From contig CAXXRD010000001.1 in assembly GCA_963663895.2 (NCBI GenBank), positions 352,001-416,000 on the forward strand: a stretch of DNA of 64,000 nt, written 5' to 3'. The DNA comes from Dehalococcoidia bacterium (lineage in GTDB: Bacteria; Chloroflexota; Dehalococcoidia; Bin125). The notes beneath the pieces were generated by a model that worked only from the letters and a program-made list of their open reading frames with translations, was not told where the DNA came from and ran no database searches. The position numbers and the translations under genes are program-made. Below are positions 10,644 through 19,868 of this stretch, piece after piece (position 1 is the first letter of the stretch; every line of letters starts with the position of its first letter).

Positions 10644-10663
10644 ACGTCAGTTCTGTCCGTCAA
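10635..10663 (-). promoter_or_regulatory. Sigma70-type promoter of the kinase gene with a LexA-type operator in its spacer
   Basis: Minus strand TTGACG (10663-10658), 17-bp spacer, TACTCT (10640-10635); spacer contains AGAAC-GTCA-GTTCT (10641-10654). Confidence 0.7.
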
Positions 10664-10707
10664 TTTCCCCCAGCGAGCGCCGACCCGCTGAGCGAAGCCC
10701 GCGGCGC

Positions 10708-10866
10708 CTAGTCCGGCGTCTCCTCTGCCTGCGGCACATCCAAGATCGCGATGAGCTCGTCCGCGTAGTAGAGCCGCGGCCGGTGATCGGCCACCGCCAG
10801 CACGCCCGCCTTGACAAGCCGATCCAGGAGCCTGCGGGCCCCTTGCGGGGTCACGCCCAGCACGAT
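10708..10866 (-). pseudogene. Remnant C-terminal HTH of a Fic/DOC-type protein
   Basis: LGVTPQGARRLLDRLVKAGVLAVADHRPRLYYADELIAIL resembles Fic C-terminal wHTH tails; upstream sequence turns AT-rich and non-coding-like. Confidence 0.5.
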
Positions 10867-11102
10867 TGGAAACAAAACAGCCGAAAAGTTTCCAATCACC
10901 GCAAAAGGGAACCTGTCGGTTCCATTCCACCGCGTGATGGAAGCTCTTTTACCTCAGAGTTTCCTTTTCCCTCGCCACGAAACCGCCAACCCGGCCGCAG
11001 CGGGTGTGAACCACTACAGGGCCCCGGCGCGCTATGCTCGCCATGCCGGGGCGGGGCCGGCGTCCCCGCCCGCCCCGCCAGTGGAGCAAGGAGCCGCCCG
11101 CC

Positions 11103-12011
11103 ATGGCGCAACGGATACCGAAGAGCACGGCAGCCCTGGCCCTAGCGGCCCTCGCCGCAGGAGGGCTGGCCCTGGCGGCGCTGATCGTCGCCATCGTGGC
11201 GCTGGGAGACGACTCCGCTCCGGCCTCGGCCGAGGCCCCCTTCAAGTCCGATCCCGACGCCTACACCCGCTGGTTCGTGGAGCAGGCCCTGGAGCGCTAC
11301 GAGACGTCCGGCCTGGAGGAGACCGTCGCCTACTACAACACCGCAGCGAGCCTTGACGGGCAGTGGTACGTCTTCATCATCGACGAGGACGACACGATGA
11401 TCGCGCACGCCGCCAACCCGGACTTCGTGGGGCAGCACGTCTCGGCGGCGGTGGGGCCGAACGGCTATCCCTCGGGGCTGGCGGTCGCGGCGGCGGCCAG
11501 CGAGGACGGCGGCTGGATCGACTACAGCTTCCCCAATTTCGACACCGGCGGCGCGGAGACCAAGCACTCCTGGATCATCCGCCACGACGGGCTGATCTTC
11601 GGCTCCGGCTGGTACGAGCGCGGCCCGAGCAAGGCCGACGCCCCCGCCTACACCCAAGCCTTCGTCCGGGAGGCCGTGAACCTCTACAACGCGCTGGGCC
11701 TGGAGGAGACCGTCGCCTACTACAACACGGAGGAGCACATCGACGACCAGTGGTACGTCTTCATCATCGACGAAGACGGCTACACGATCTCCCACTACAA
11801 CCCGGCGCTGCGCGGGCGGGACCCCAGCCTGCGGATCGACCCCACGGGCTACTTCTACGGCGACGATTTGCTGGCGGCGACCGAGACGGGCCGCTGGGTC
11901 AACTACGTCATCCGCAACCCGGAGTCGGGGCAGGATCAGCGCAAGCACACCTGGGCCGTGCGCCACGACGGGCTCCTCTTCGCCTCCGGCTGGTACGAAG
12001 CGCTTCCCTGA
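11103..12011 (+). CDS. Membrane-anchored stand-alone tandem Cache-domain protein
   Basis: N-terminal hydrophobic helix; two repeats GLEETVAYYN...QWYVFIIDED...KH(S/T)W..RHDGL.F.SGWYE; no cytoplasmic output domain. Confidence 0.8.
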   Translation: MAQRIPKSTAALALAALAAGGLALAALIVAIVALGDDSAPASAEAPFKSDPDAYTRWFVEQALERYETSGLEETVAYYNTAASLDGQWYVFIIDEDDTMIAHAANPDFVGQHVSAAVGPNGYPSGLAVAAAASEDGGWIDYSFPNFDTGGAETKHSWIIRHDGLIFGSGWYERGPSKADAPAYTQAFVREAVNLYNALGLEETVAYYNTEEHIDDQWYVFIIDEDGYTISHYNPALRGRDPSLRIDPTGYFYGDDLLAATETGRWVNYVIRNPESGQDQRKHTWAVRHDGLLFASGWYEALP

Positions 12012-12050
12012 GGCCGGCGCCGCCTTAGCCAAGCCGGTCAAGCCGCCGTC

Positions 12051-12500
12051 ATGGATCTCCGCCTCGCCGTCCTCGCCGACGCCGCCAACGTCACCAGCGA
12101 CGGCAAGCTCAACGTCACCGGCATCTTCAACCGGCTGCGCACCACCAAGCTCCCGGCCCAGCATCCCCTGCTCGTGGCCGTCCTCCAGATCGCCATCGGC
12201 GCCGCCGACTTCGGCCGCGATGCGCAGACCGGCCTGCGTATCGTCGCCCCGGACGGCGAGACCACCGATCCCTTCACGATGACGCACAAGCTGCCCCGCG
12301 GGCGTCCCGGCGAGCCCGCCCTCTGGAACGTCATCTTCCGCCTGCCCAACCTGCGTCTGGCCAAGGCCGGCGCCTACGAGTTCCACGTCCTCGTGGACCA
12401 GGCGACCGTCGCCACCATCCCCCTCACCGTCACCAAGGTCGAAGCCAAGGGCTCTCCCCCCTCCCAGCCCCCCGCGCCGCCGAAGGACGACGCCCCCTAG
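12051..12500 (+). CDS. Conserved hypothetical protein (DUF6941-like beta-sandwich)
   Basis: LADAANVTSDGKLNVTGIF and GAYEFHVLVD patterns. Confidence 0.65.
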   Translation: MDLRLAVLADAANVTSDGKLNVTGIFNRLRTTKLPAQHPLLVAVLQIAIGAADFGRDAQTGLRIVAPDGETTDPFTMTHKLPRGRPGEPALWNVIFRLPNLRLAKAGAYEFHVLVDQATVATIPLTVTKVEAKGSPPSQPPAPPKDDAP

Positions 12501-12522
12501 GCGCCGCGCGTCCTCTCCCGCC

Positions 12523-13542
12523 CTATCCCGCCCCATCCCCCAGGACCGCTTGCACCGCGCCGGACAGCTCCTGCACCGTCACCGTCCCCTCGAAGCGGGC
12601 CCGGATCGTTCCCTCCGCGTCGATCACGAACACCCAGGGCTCGCTGGGCAGGTTCCACTCCAGGAAGGCGGCCGCCTCCCGCAGCGCCTGCGGCTCGTGC
12701 GGGTTCTCGAAGATCTCCACGTGGATGGCCTGCACCCGCGGCGCCCAGGCGCGCCAGACCTGCTTGACGATCTCCAGCGTCGGCCCGCAGGTGCGCGAAT
12801 GACAGAAGGCCGGGGTCGAGAAGGCAACGATCAGCGGCTGCCCGCCGCGCAGCGCCTCGTCGAGGCGCAACTGGTACAGTCCCGGCTCCGGCGCCGGATC
12901 CGAGGTCAGGCGGCGGATATCCGGCTCGTCTCCCAGGGAGCGCGTGCGGCTGGCCGGCGCCGTCTCCCCCAGCCCCGGCGCCTGCGACTCCTCGCGCACG
13001 CTCAGCCGGAAGTGCACCAGCGTCTCTTCCCCCTGTGGCGGCTTGATGGCGAACTCGATCCCCCAGATCCCCGCCCGCCCGAACCGCACCGGCGCCACGT
13101 AGACCCCCGCCCCCACGTAGCGCCCCGCGTCCGACACGCCGCTGCCCCCCACGTGCCGGTGCGCTTGCGGCAGCGGCGACTCCGCCCCGAAGGAGATGAA
13201 GGAGGCCGTTACGCTGTCCAGCGGCCGCTCGCGGTCCCGTTCCAGGTCGTAGATGCGCGCGACCACGTCCACGTCGGAGACGGTCAAGCCCCGCGCGTCC
13301 TGCACAGTGAAGCTCAAGCGGTTCATCCCCACCGAGAGGTCGGCGTTGGCCAGCGTCGGCAGGTAGGGCGCCTCGCCCCCGGCTTGGACCAAGTCCCAGC
13401 GATCCAGGCCCGCCGCCGCGCCGCCGCTCACGGCGCCCTCGTCGCCGCTGCTCAGCGCGAGCACCACCGCCAGGACGCCCACCACCACCGCCGCCACCAG
13501 CGCCACCACGCCCAAGACCGTCCGGCGTCCCGCTCTCCCCAT
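12523..13542 (-). CDS. Membrane-anchored protein with Ig/YtkA-like region and C-terminal thioredoxin-like domain
   Basis: N-terminal TM; FSTPAFCHSRTCGP (Cx4C); EPWVFVIDAEGTIRARFEG. Confidence 0.75.
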   Translation of the reverse strand: MGRAGRRTVLGVVALVAAVVVGVLAVVLALSSGDEGAVSGGAAAGLDRWDLVQAGGEAPYLPTLANADLSVGMNRLSFTVQDARGLTVSDVDVVARIYDLERDRERPLDSVTASFISFGAESPLPQAHRHVGGSGVSDAGRYVGAGVYVAPVRFGRAGIWGIEFAIKPPQGEETLVHFRLSVREESQAPGLGETAPASRTRSLGDEPDIRRLTSDPAPEPGLYQLRLDEALRGGQPLIVAFSTPAFCHSRTCGPTLEIVKQVWRAWAPRVQAIHVEIFENPHEPQALREAAAFLEWNLPSEPWVFVIDAEGTIRARFEGTVTVQELSGAVQAVLGDGAG

Positions 13543-13708
13543 GCCCTCAGCCTAACCTAAGCGACAGCAAGCGAGCTTCATCCACCGGGGCAGCCAAGTT
13601 ATCCCCGACCGGAGGCGAACCGGCCACGGACGGCGATGGATTCCCAGCCACGACGGCGGCGTCCCCGCCCAGCGGCGCCGAGCGTTTTCACCGAGAAACA
13701 GCGAGGGC

Positions 13709-13737
13709 TTGACTCGTACGCAGGTTGCGAGTTCAAT
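13709..13737 (+). promoter_or_regulatory. Putative sigma70 promoter of the small gene at 13802
   Basis: TTGACT-17 bp-TTCAAT. Confidence 0.4.
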
Positions 13738-13801
13738 GCCATTAGGTGCTCTTTCCACTGAAGAGCGTAAGCATATTTCCTTTTGAGAACGGAGCGAAGC
13801 G

Positions 13802-14002
13802 GTGTCTTTCTCCACCACCAACTCGCGAGGGCAGACCTACTATCTGCACGGCAAGAACATCACCCTCAAGAACGGCCACGAGCAGCGCATCTACTACTTC
13901 GCGCGCCAGCCCCAGGCCGAAACCCTCGACGCGGTGCCGTCCGGCTACACCATCGCCGAGAACGCCAGGACCGGGCTCCCCGTCCTCAAGAAGGCCAGCT
14001 AG
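13802..14002 (+). CDS. Small conserved-looking hypothetical protein (66 aa)
   Basis: GTG after GGAG; strong codon bias; TNSRGQTYYLH...IYYFAR...ENARTGLPVLKK. Confidence 0.75.
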   Translation: MSFSTTNSRGQTYYLHGKNITLKNGHEQRIYYFARQPQAETLDAVPSGYTIAENARTGLPVLKKAS

Positions 14003-14805
14003 CCGCCGCCAAGAATCGCCAGCGCGGCGCCGTGGAGCGCCGGGGTTCCGGCCGCCACCACGCGCCCGTCCGACTCCAGCCCCAGCGCCCTTCCCTCCCA
14101 ATCGGTCATCACCCCGCCCGCGCCCTCCACCACCGGCACCAGCGCGCAGTAGTCGTAGGGCTGTAGCGACGCCTCCACCACCAGATCCACGAAGCCGCTC
14201 GCCAGCAGCCCGTAGGCGTAGCAGTCCGCCCCGTAGCGTGTGAGGGCCACCTCGCTTCGCAGCCGCTCGAAGGCCGCGGCTGCGGCACCGCCGAACATGT
14301 GGGGCGTGGTCGCGTAGAGAGCGGCGCTCGCCGGCGCGGCGCAGTCCCGCGTCCCGGCGGCCGTTCCGTTCAGGGTCGTCCCCTGCCCGCGCCGCCCCAG
14401 CCAGCGCTCCCCTGTGATCGGCTGGTCGATCACTCCCAGCACCGGCTTCCCGTCCTCCAGCAGCGCGATCAGCGTGCCGAAGGAGGGCTTGCCCGTCATG
14501 AATGCCTGCGTCCCGTCGATCGGATCAAGCACCCAGACGTAGCGGGCCGCGGGCCGCTCCGCGCCCCCCTCCTCGCCGATCACCCCATGCGCCGGGTACT
14601 GCGCGGTGATCAGCGCCCGCATCGCCGCCTCCGCCGCGCGGTCGGCGGCCGTCACGGGGCTGCCGTCGGCTTTGCGCTCCACCGCCACCGGCCGGCGAAA
14701 ATGCTCGCGCAAGATCGCGCCCGCGCCGTCCGCCAAGCGCGCGGCGAAGCGAGCGTACGCATCCAGCGACTCCCGCGGCGATCCCTGGGGCGGCGGGGTA
14801 TCCAT
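13999..14805 (-). CDS. hisN: Histidinol-phosphatase / inositol monophosphatase family
   Basis: [51 protein letters not shown]; start ATG 14805. Confidence 0.8.
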   Translation of the reverse strand: MDTPPPQGSPRESLDAYARFAARLADGAGAILREHFRRPVAVERKADGSPVTAADRAAEAAMRALITAQYPAHGVIGEEGGAERPAARYVWVLDPIDGTQAFMTGKPSFGTLIALLEDGKPVLGVIDQPITGERWLGRRGQGTTLNGTAAGTRDCAAPASAALYATTPHMFGGAAAAAFERLRSEVALTRYGADCYAYGLLASGFVDLVVEASLQPYDYCALVPVVEGAGGVMTDWEGRALGLESDGRVVAAGTPALHGAALAILGGG

Positions 14806-14972
14806 CGCTCCAGTCTGCCCGCTCCCGGCCGCGCCGAGAAGGCGGCCGCCGGGAAATTGGCGCAGCGGGCCACGGCGCGTATATTGGACTACTCGCCCCG
14901 CCCTTGGACGCGAGCTTCGCGGCCCGGTCGCGCGCATCTCCGGCAGACCGCAGGAGCCCAGGAGGCCCAACC

Positions 14973-16049
14973 ATGGGAAAGATCAACGTCGCCATCATCG
15001 GGGTGGGAAACTGCGCCTCCTCCCTGGTCCAGGGCGTGCATTTCTACCGCGACGCCCAAGAGGATCAGGACATCCCCGGGATTATGCACACGACCCTGGG
15101 CGGCTACCACATCTCCGACATCAACTTCGTGGCCGCCTTCGACATCGACGCCAACAAGGTCGGCAAGGACCTCTCCGAGGCGATCACCGTCGCCCCCAAC
15201 AACACCTACACGTTCACCGACGTGCCGCCCCTCGGCGTCCCCGTCGAGCGCGGCATGACCCACGACGGTCTCGGCAAGTACCTCAGCCAGGTGATCACCA
15301 AGGCTCCGGGGCAAACCGCGGACATCGTCGGCATCCTCAAGGAGCGCGACACCGACGTGGTGATCAGCTACCTCCCCGTCGGCAGCGAGGAAGCCACCAA
15401 ATGGTACGTGGAGCAGATCCTCGACGCCGGCTGCGCCTTCGTGAACTGCATCCCGGTCTTCATCGCCCGCGAGTCCTACTGGGCGCAGCGCTTCCGCGCC
15501 GCCGGCCTCCCCATCATCGGCGACGACATCAAGAGCCAGGTCGGCGCGACCATCGTCCACCGCGTGCTGACCCGCCTCTTCCGCGACCGCGGCGTTCGCA
15601 TCGACCGCTCTTACCAACTGAACTTCGGCGGCAATACCGACTTCCTCAACATGCTGGAGCGCGAGCGCCTGGAGTCCAAGAAGATCTCCAAGACCAACGC
15701 CGTCACCTCACAGCTCGACTACGAACTCCCTTCGCGCGACATCCACGTCGGTCCCAGCGACCATGTCCCCTGGCTCGACGACCGCAAGTGGTGCCACATC
15801 CGCATCGAGGGGACGACCTTCGGCAACGTCCCTCTCAACCTGGAGATGAAGCTGGAGGTGTGGGACAGCCCCAACTCGGCGGGCGTGGTGATCGACGCCA
15901 TCCGTTGCGCCAAGATCGGCAAGGACCGCGGTGAGGCGGGACCACTCCTTGGCCCATCCGCTTACTTCATGAAGTCGCCGCCCCAACAGTGGACCGACGA
16001 CAAGGCGCGCGATGCCGTCGAGAGCTTCGCGGCGGGAGCGTCCGCTTAG
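14973..16049 (+). CDS. ino1: Inositol-3-phosphate synthase (myo-inositol-1-phosphate synthase)
   Basis: [52 protein letters not shown]; ATG 14973 after GGAGG. Confidence 0.97.
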   Translation: MGKINVAIIGVGNCASSLVQGVHFYRDAQEDQDIPGIMHTTLGGYHISDINFVAAFDIDANKVGKDLSEAITVAPNNTYTFTDVPPLGVPVERGMTHDGLGKYLSQVITKAPGQTADIVGILKERDTDVVISYLPVGSEEATKWYVEQILDAGCAFVNCIPVFIARESYWAQRFRAAGLPIIGDDIKSQVGATIVHRVLTRLFRDRGVRIDRSYQLNFGGNTDFLNMLERERLESKKISKTNAVTSQLDYELPSRDIHVGPSDHVPWLDDRKWCHIRIEGTTFGNVPLNLEMKLEVWDSPNSAGVVIDAIRCAKIGKDRGEAGPLLGPSAYFMKSPPQQWTDDKARDAVESFAAGASA

Positions 16050-16082
16050 CCTGAGGCACGGCGGCAGCGGACGGCCGGCGCG

Positions 16083-17063
16083 ATGGCGTATTACTGGGGA
16101 TGGCGGCTCTTCGGATCGCTGGCGCGCGCGCTGCCCCGGCCGCTGGCCTACCATCTCGCCGGGCTGGTCCTGGAGTTCGCCTTTCTCCTCTGGCCCGCCG
16201 GGCACCGCGCGATGCGGGAGAACCTGCGCGCCGTACTCGCCCGTGACGACCCCGCTGTGCTCGCCTACTGGGCCGCCCGCCAGCAACGGCGTTACGGCGC
16301 CTATCTCGTCGATGCCGCACGGCTGGAAACCCTCGGCGCGGCCGCCGCCCGAGCCGAATGCCGCAACGCCCTCCACAGTCCAGACTGGCCGACCGTCGAG
16401 GCGGCCGTACAAGCCGGTCCCGTGATCTTCGCGCTCATGCACCTGGGCAACTGGGATGTCTGTGCGGGCGCGCTCGCGGCGCGCATGCCCCCGGGCTCCG
16501 CCGCCTTCTTGGTCCCGGCCGAACCGCTCAAACATCCCGCCCTCGACGCCACCATGCGCCGTACCCGGGCCGCCCTCGGATTGGAGCTGCTGCCGGCGAC
16601 GGGCAGTGGCGGGCGCTTGTTGCGCGCCTTGAAACGCGGGCAAAGCGTCGCGCTCCTGATCGACCGGCCACTCGGCCCGCGGCACCAAGGGGTGGACGTC
16701 ACCTTCTGCGGACAAGCGTGCCGCCTGTCCGCAGGCATGGCGCGCCTCGCGCTCGCCAGCGGCGCCCCCGTGATCGCCGCCGGCGCCGTACGGCGTGCCA
16801 GCGGAAGTTTCCTCTTCGAAGGGTTCGCGACGGTCGCGGTCGCGCCGCCGCCGACGGGCGCCCGCGCCCGTGACGTCCAAGCCCTCACCCAAGCCGTGCT
16901 GGATGCATTCGCGCCCGGGGTCCGGCGCCATCCCGACCAGTGGTACCAGTTCCGCCCCTTTTTCCAGCCCGGCGACTCCAATCCCGCCCACGGGACGTCC
17001 CATGCGCCGGACGAAAGCGCGCGCAGCGGGCGGATTGCGGCCGCCGCTCGGGACAACCGATGA
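16083..17063 (+). CDS. PatA-like (lipid A acyltransferase family) acyltransferase 1
   Basis: MHLGNWD catalytic motif, ALLIDR, HPDQWYQF. Confidence 0.85.
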   Translation: MAYYWGWRLFGSLARALPRPLAYHLAGLVLEFAFLLWPAGHRAMRENLRAVLARDDPAVLAYWAARQQRRYGAYLVDAARLETLGAAAARAECRNALHSPDWPTVEAAVQAGPVIFALMHLGNWDVCAGALAARMPPGSAAFLVPAEPLKHPALDATMRRTRAALGLELLPATGSGGRLLRALKRGQSVALLIDRPLGPRHQGVDVTFCGQACRLSAGMARLALASGAPVIAAGAVRRASGSFLFEGFATVAVAPPPTGARARDVQALTQAVLDAFAPGVRRHPDQWYQFRPFFQPGDSNPAHGTSHAPDESARSGRIAAAARDNR

Positions 17064-17929
17064 TCGCCGCGGCCGTACTTCGCGGCTTAGAGGCGTTGGC
17101 GGCGATCATCCCCGCGCGCTGGCTCTACGCGGGCGCGCGCTTGGCCGGCACATTGGCCCTGCCTCTGATCGAGCGACGGCGGCAGAGTGCGCGCGCGGGG
17201 GTGCAGCGACTGCAACCCGCCTGGACGCCCGCGCAGCTAGACACCGCGGTACAACGGCAGTTTCAGGAAACGGCGAGATACTACGTCGATATCGCCTTGC
17301 TGCGCCGCCAATCCCCCGAGCGCATCTTGCGCCGCTGGCTCGACATCGAGGGGCTGGAACGGCTCCAAGCCGCCCTGCGATCCGATCGCGGCGTGGTCTT
17401 GGTCAGCGTGCACCTCAGCAACCCCGAGATCGCGATCCAGGCCCTGCCCCCCTTGGGAGCAACCGCGACCGTGATCGTCGAAGCCCTGCCCGAACGGCGT
17501 CTGAAGGCCCTGCGGATGCGCCGGGAGTCCGCAGGCAACCGCTTCGTTCCGGCCACCCTGAAAGGGGTACGGCAAGCGCTCGAAACACTAGAGGGCGGCG
17601 GCTTGGTCGCCATCCTGACCGACCGCGACATCCAGGGCAACGGTATCTGCGTGCCCTTCGCGCGCCGGCTCGCCCGCTTCCCCGTGGGCGCGGTGGATCT
17701 CGCCCTACGCACCGACGCCATCCTCCTCCCCGCATACGCGACGCGCATCCGCGATCATCGCTTCCGCGTCGAGTTCATGGAGCCGCTCTCCCTGCTCCAG
17801 AGCAACGACCGCGCCAAGGACGTCCGTGCGAACCTCGCGATACTGATGGCGCGCTTCGAAGATCCGATCCGAACGAATGTCGAGCAGTGGCGCCTGCTCG
17901 AATCGCCTTGGCGGAGCTGTCGTGACTGA
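17060..17929 (+). CDS. PatA-like acyltransferase 2
   Basis: VHLSNPE, ILTDRD, FPVGAVDLA, EQWRL; ATGA overlap with the upstream gene. Confidence 0.82.
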   Translation: MIAAAVLRGLEALAAIIPARWLYAGARLAGTLALPLIERRRQSARAGVQRLQPAWTPAQLDTAVQRQFQETARYYVDIALLRRQSPERILRRWLDIEGLERLQAALRSDRGVVLVSVHLSNPEIAIQALPPLGATATVIVEALPERRLKALRMRRESAGNRFVPATLKGVRQALETLEGGGLVAILTDRDIQGNGICVPFARRLARFPVGAVDLALRTDAILLPAYATRIRDHRFRVEFMEPLSLLQSNDRAKDVRANLAILMARFEDPIRTNVEQWRLLESPWRSCRD

Positions 17930-18713
17930 CTCGCCGGGAACGCAGCTTGGGACCGCCGACCTACACACTCACACCACTCGCAGCGACGGCATGGCCTCTC
18001 CCATCGAGCTCGTACGGTGGGCCGAGCAGCAGACGATGATCGACGTGCTGGCCGTCACCGATCACGAAGACCTGAGCGGAGCTTGGGCGGCGCAAGAGGC
18101 CGCCGCCCAGCTCGGCGCACGGCTGCAAGTGATCGCCGGCATGGAGATCACCACCCTCAGCGGGCACCTGATCGCGCTCTTCTTGGAAGAGCCCGTCCCC
18201 TCCTTTCGCTCGTTGACCTACACCCTGGCCGCGGTCCATGCGCAAGGCGGTCTTTGCCTGGTCCCGCACCCGCTCTGCCTCATCCCCTACAGCCTCGGAC
18301 GCCGCGCCATCGCGCGTCACGTGCACGACAGCGTCGGTGAGCGGCTCGACGCTGTGGAGCTCGCCAGCGGCGCTCCGCTCGCCCGCCGCACACAAGCTCG
18401 CGCACGGGAGCTGAACGCCGCCCGCTGGCGTCTGCCGGAATACGGTGGCAGCGACGCCCATTTCCCGCAGGCGCTGGGCAGCGCCGTGACCCGCTTCCCG
18501 GGCCATACCGCCAACGATCTGCAGGCCGCCTTGCGCGCGGGCCTGACCCTGGCCGAGCAGCGCCAGGCACCCGCGCTGCGGCGGATCGGCATGCGCGCGC
18601 TGGCACGCCAACAGCTGCGCGCGCTCTGCGCGACGCCGCGCAACGCCCTCCGGCGGCCACGCCACCGCTCTCGTAACGACTGGCCGGCGAAGCCCGCGAG
18701 AACCCCCGAATGA
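17922..18713 (+). CDS. PHP-domain phosphoesterase
   Basis: DLHTHT, AVTDH, GMEITT..GH, VPHP, GGSDAH; GTG 17922 overlaps upstream gene end. Confidence 0.88.
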   Translation: MTDSPGTQLGTADLHTHTTRSDGMASPIELVRWAEQQTMIDVLAVTDHEDLSGAWAAQEAAAQLGARLQVIAGMEITTLSGHLIALFLEEPVPSFRSLTYTLAAVHAQGGLCLVPHPLCLIPYSLGRRAIARHVHDSVGERLDAVELASGAPLARRTQARARELNAARWRLPEYGGSDAHFPQALGSAVTRFPGHTANDLQAALRAGLTLAEQRQAPALRRIGMRALARQQLRALCATPRNALRRPRHRSRNDWPAKPARTPE

Positions 18714-19855
18714 AGATCGCGATGGTGACTCCCTACGACCTCGCCGTGCCGGGCGGCGTCAATACGCACGCCCAGTATTTGGCTGACGCTTTCCGCAACT
18801 GGGGTCACGAAGTCCAGGTGATCGGACCGGCCTCGCAAGCGCTCCCGCGCACATCGACCAGCCCGCGCGTGCTGGGACGCGCGCGGCCGGTGCGGGCAGG
18901 GGGATCGGTGGCGCGAATCGCGCTTTCGTATCGCCTGGGCCATTCCGTACGGACCCTGCTGCGGCGCGAAGCCTTCGACATCGTGCACCTCCACGAGCCA
19001 CTCATGCCAACGCTGCCCCTGCAATTCCTGCGCCATTCCCATGCCATCAACATCGCCACCTTTCACGCCGCGGAACCGATCGGGCGGCGGCTCGGACAGA
19101 TCGCCGCGCCGCTGCTTGCGCGTTGGCTCAACCGGCTCGACGCGCGCATCGCGGTTTCGGCCGTCGCCGGCGCCCAGGCGCAGCGCTACCTCGGCCGGCC
19201 ATGCAAAGTGATCCCCAACTGCATAGACGTCGCCGCCTTCGCAGAAGCAGCCCCGCCCCTCGCGGACCCACCCCGGGGCCTGCGCGAAGACCGCCCCACG
19301 ATCCTCTTCGTGGGACGGCAAGAACCGCGCAAGGGGCTGGCGCACTTGCTGACCGCCTATGGGCGGCTGCGAGCGCGGCGGCCTGACGCGCAGCTCGTGA
19401 TCGTCGGGCCTCTCAGCCCGCTGGGACGGCGCCAACGCAATGGGGTCCAGCGACAGGGCTGGAAGGACGTCACTTTCACCGGCGCCGTCAGCCAGAGCGA
19501 GCTTCTGCACCACTACCAGACCGCCGATCTGCTCTGCGCGCCAGCCACCGGAGGCGAGTCGTTCGGCCTAGTCCTCGTGGAAGCGATGGCCGCGGGCCTG
19601 CCCATCGTTGCCAGCGCCATCCCCGGCTATCGCGATCTGCTTGGTCGCAGCGAGGCGGGGCTGATGGTGCCTCCGCAGGATCCCATCTCTCTGGCCGAAG
19701 CCCTGCTCACCCTCCTGGACGACCAAAGCGCGCGCACGGCCATGGGGGCAGCGGGACGACGCCGCGCGGAGACCTTTAGCGTCGAGACGGTGGGGCAGCA
19801 GGTGCTCGCCCTGTACGATCATCATCTGAACAGACAAGGCCGGGCGGCGGGATGA
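18710..19855 (+). CDS. pimA: GT4 glycosyltransferase, PimA-like phosphatidylinositol mannosyltransferase
   Basis: MKIAMVTPYDLAVPGGV, VHLHEP, ATFH, GRQEPRKG, GGESFGLVLVEAMAAG; symbol is by similarity and context. Confidence 0.75.
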   Translation: MKIAMVTPYDLAVPGGVNTHAQYLADAFRNWGHEVQVIGPASQALPRTSTSPRVLGRARPVRAGGSVARIALSYRLGHSVRTLLRREAFDIVHLHEPLMPTLPLQFLRHSHAINIATFHAAEPIGRRLGQIAAPLLARWLNRLDARIAVSAVAGAQAQRYLGRPCKVIPNCIDVAAFAEAAPPLADPPRGLREDRPTILFVGRQEPRKGLAHLLTAYGRLRARRPDAQLVIVGPLSPLGRRQRNGVQRQGWKDVTFTGAVSQSELLHHYQTADLLCAPATGGESFGLVLVEAMAAGLPIVASAIPGYRDLLGRSEAGLMVPPQDPISLAEALLTLLDDQSARTAMGAAGRRRAETFSVETVGQQVLALYDHHLNRQGRAAG

Positions 19856-19868
19856 GCGCTGCAGCGGC

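Noticed and set aside
10571-10930. N-terminal extension of the kinase in the ORF track (625 aa)
   Set aside because: It reads through the promoter, the microsatellite (LTLTLT) and another frame of the Fic remnant; ATG 10570 has an SD and sits just before the kinase Gly-loop.
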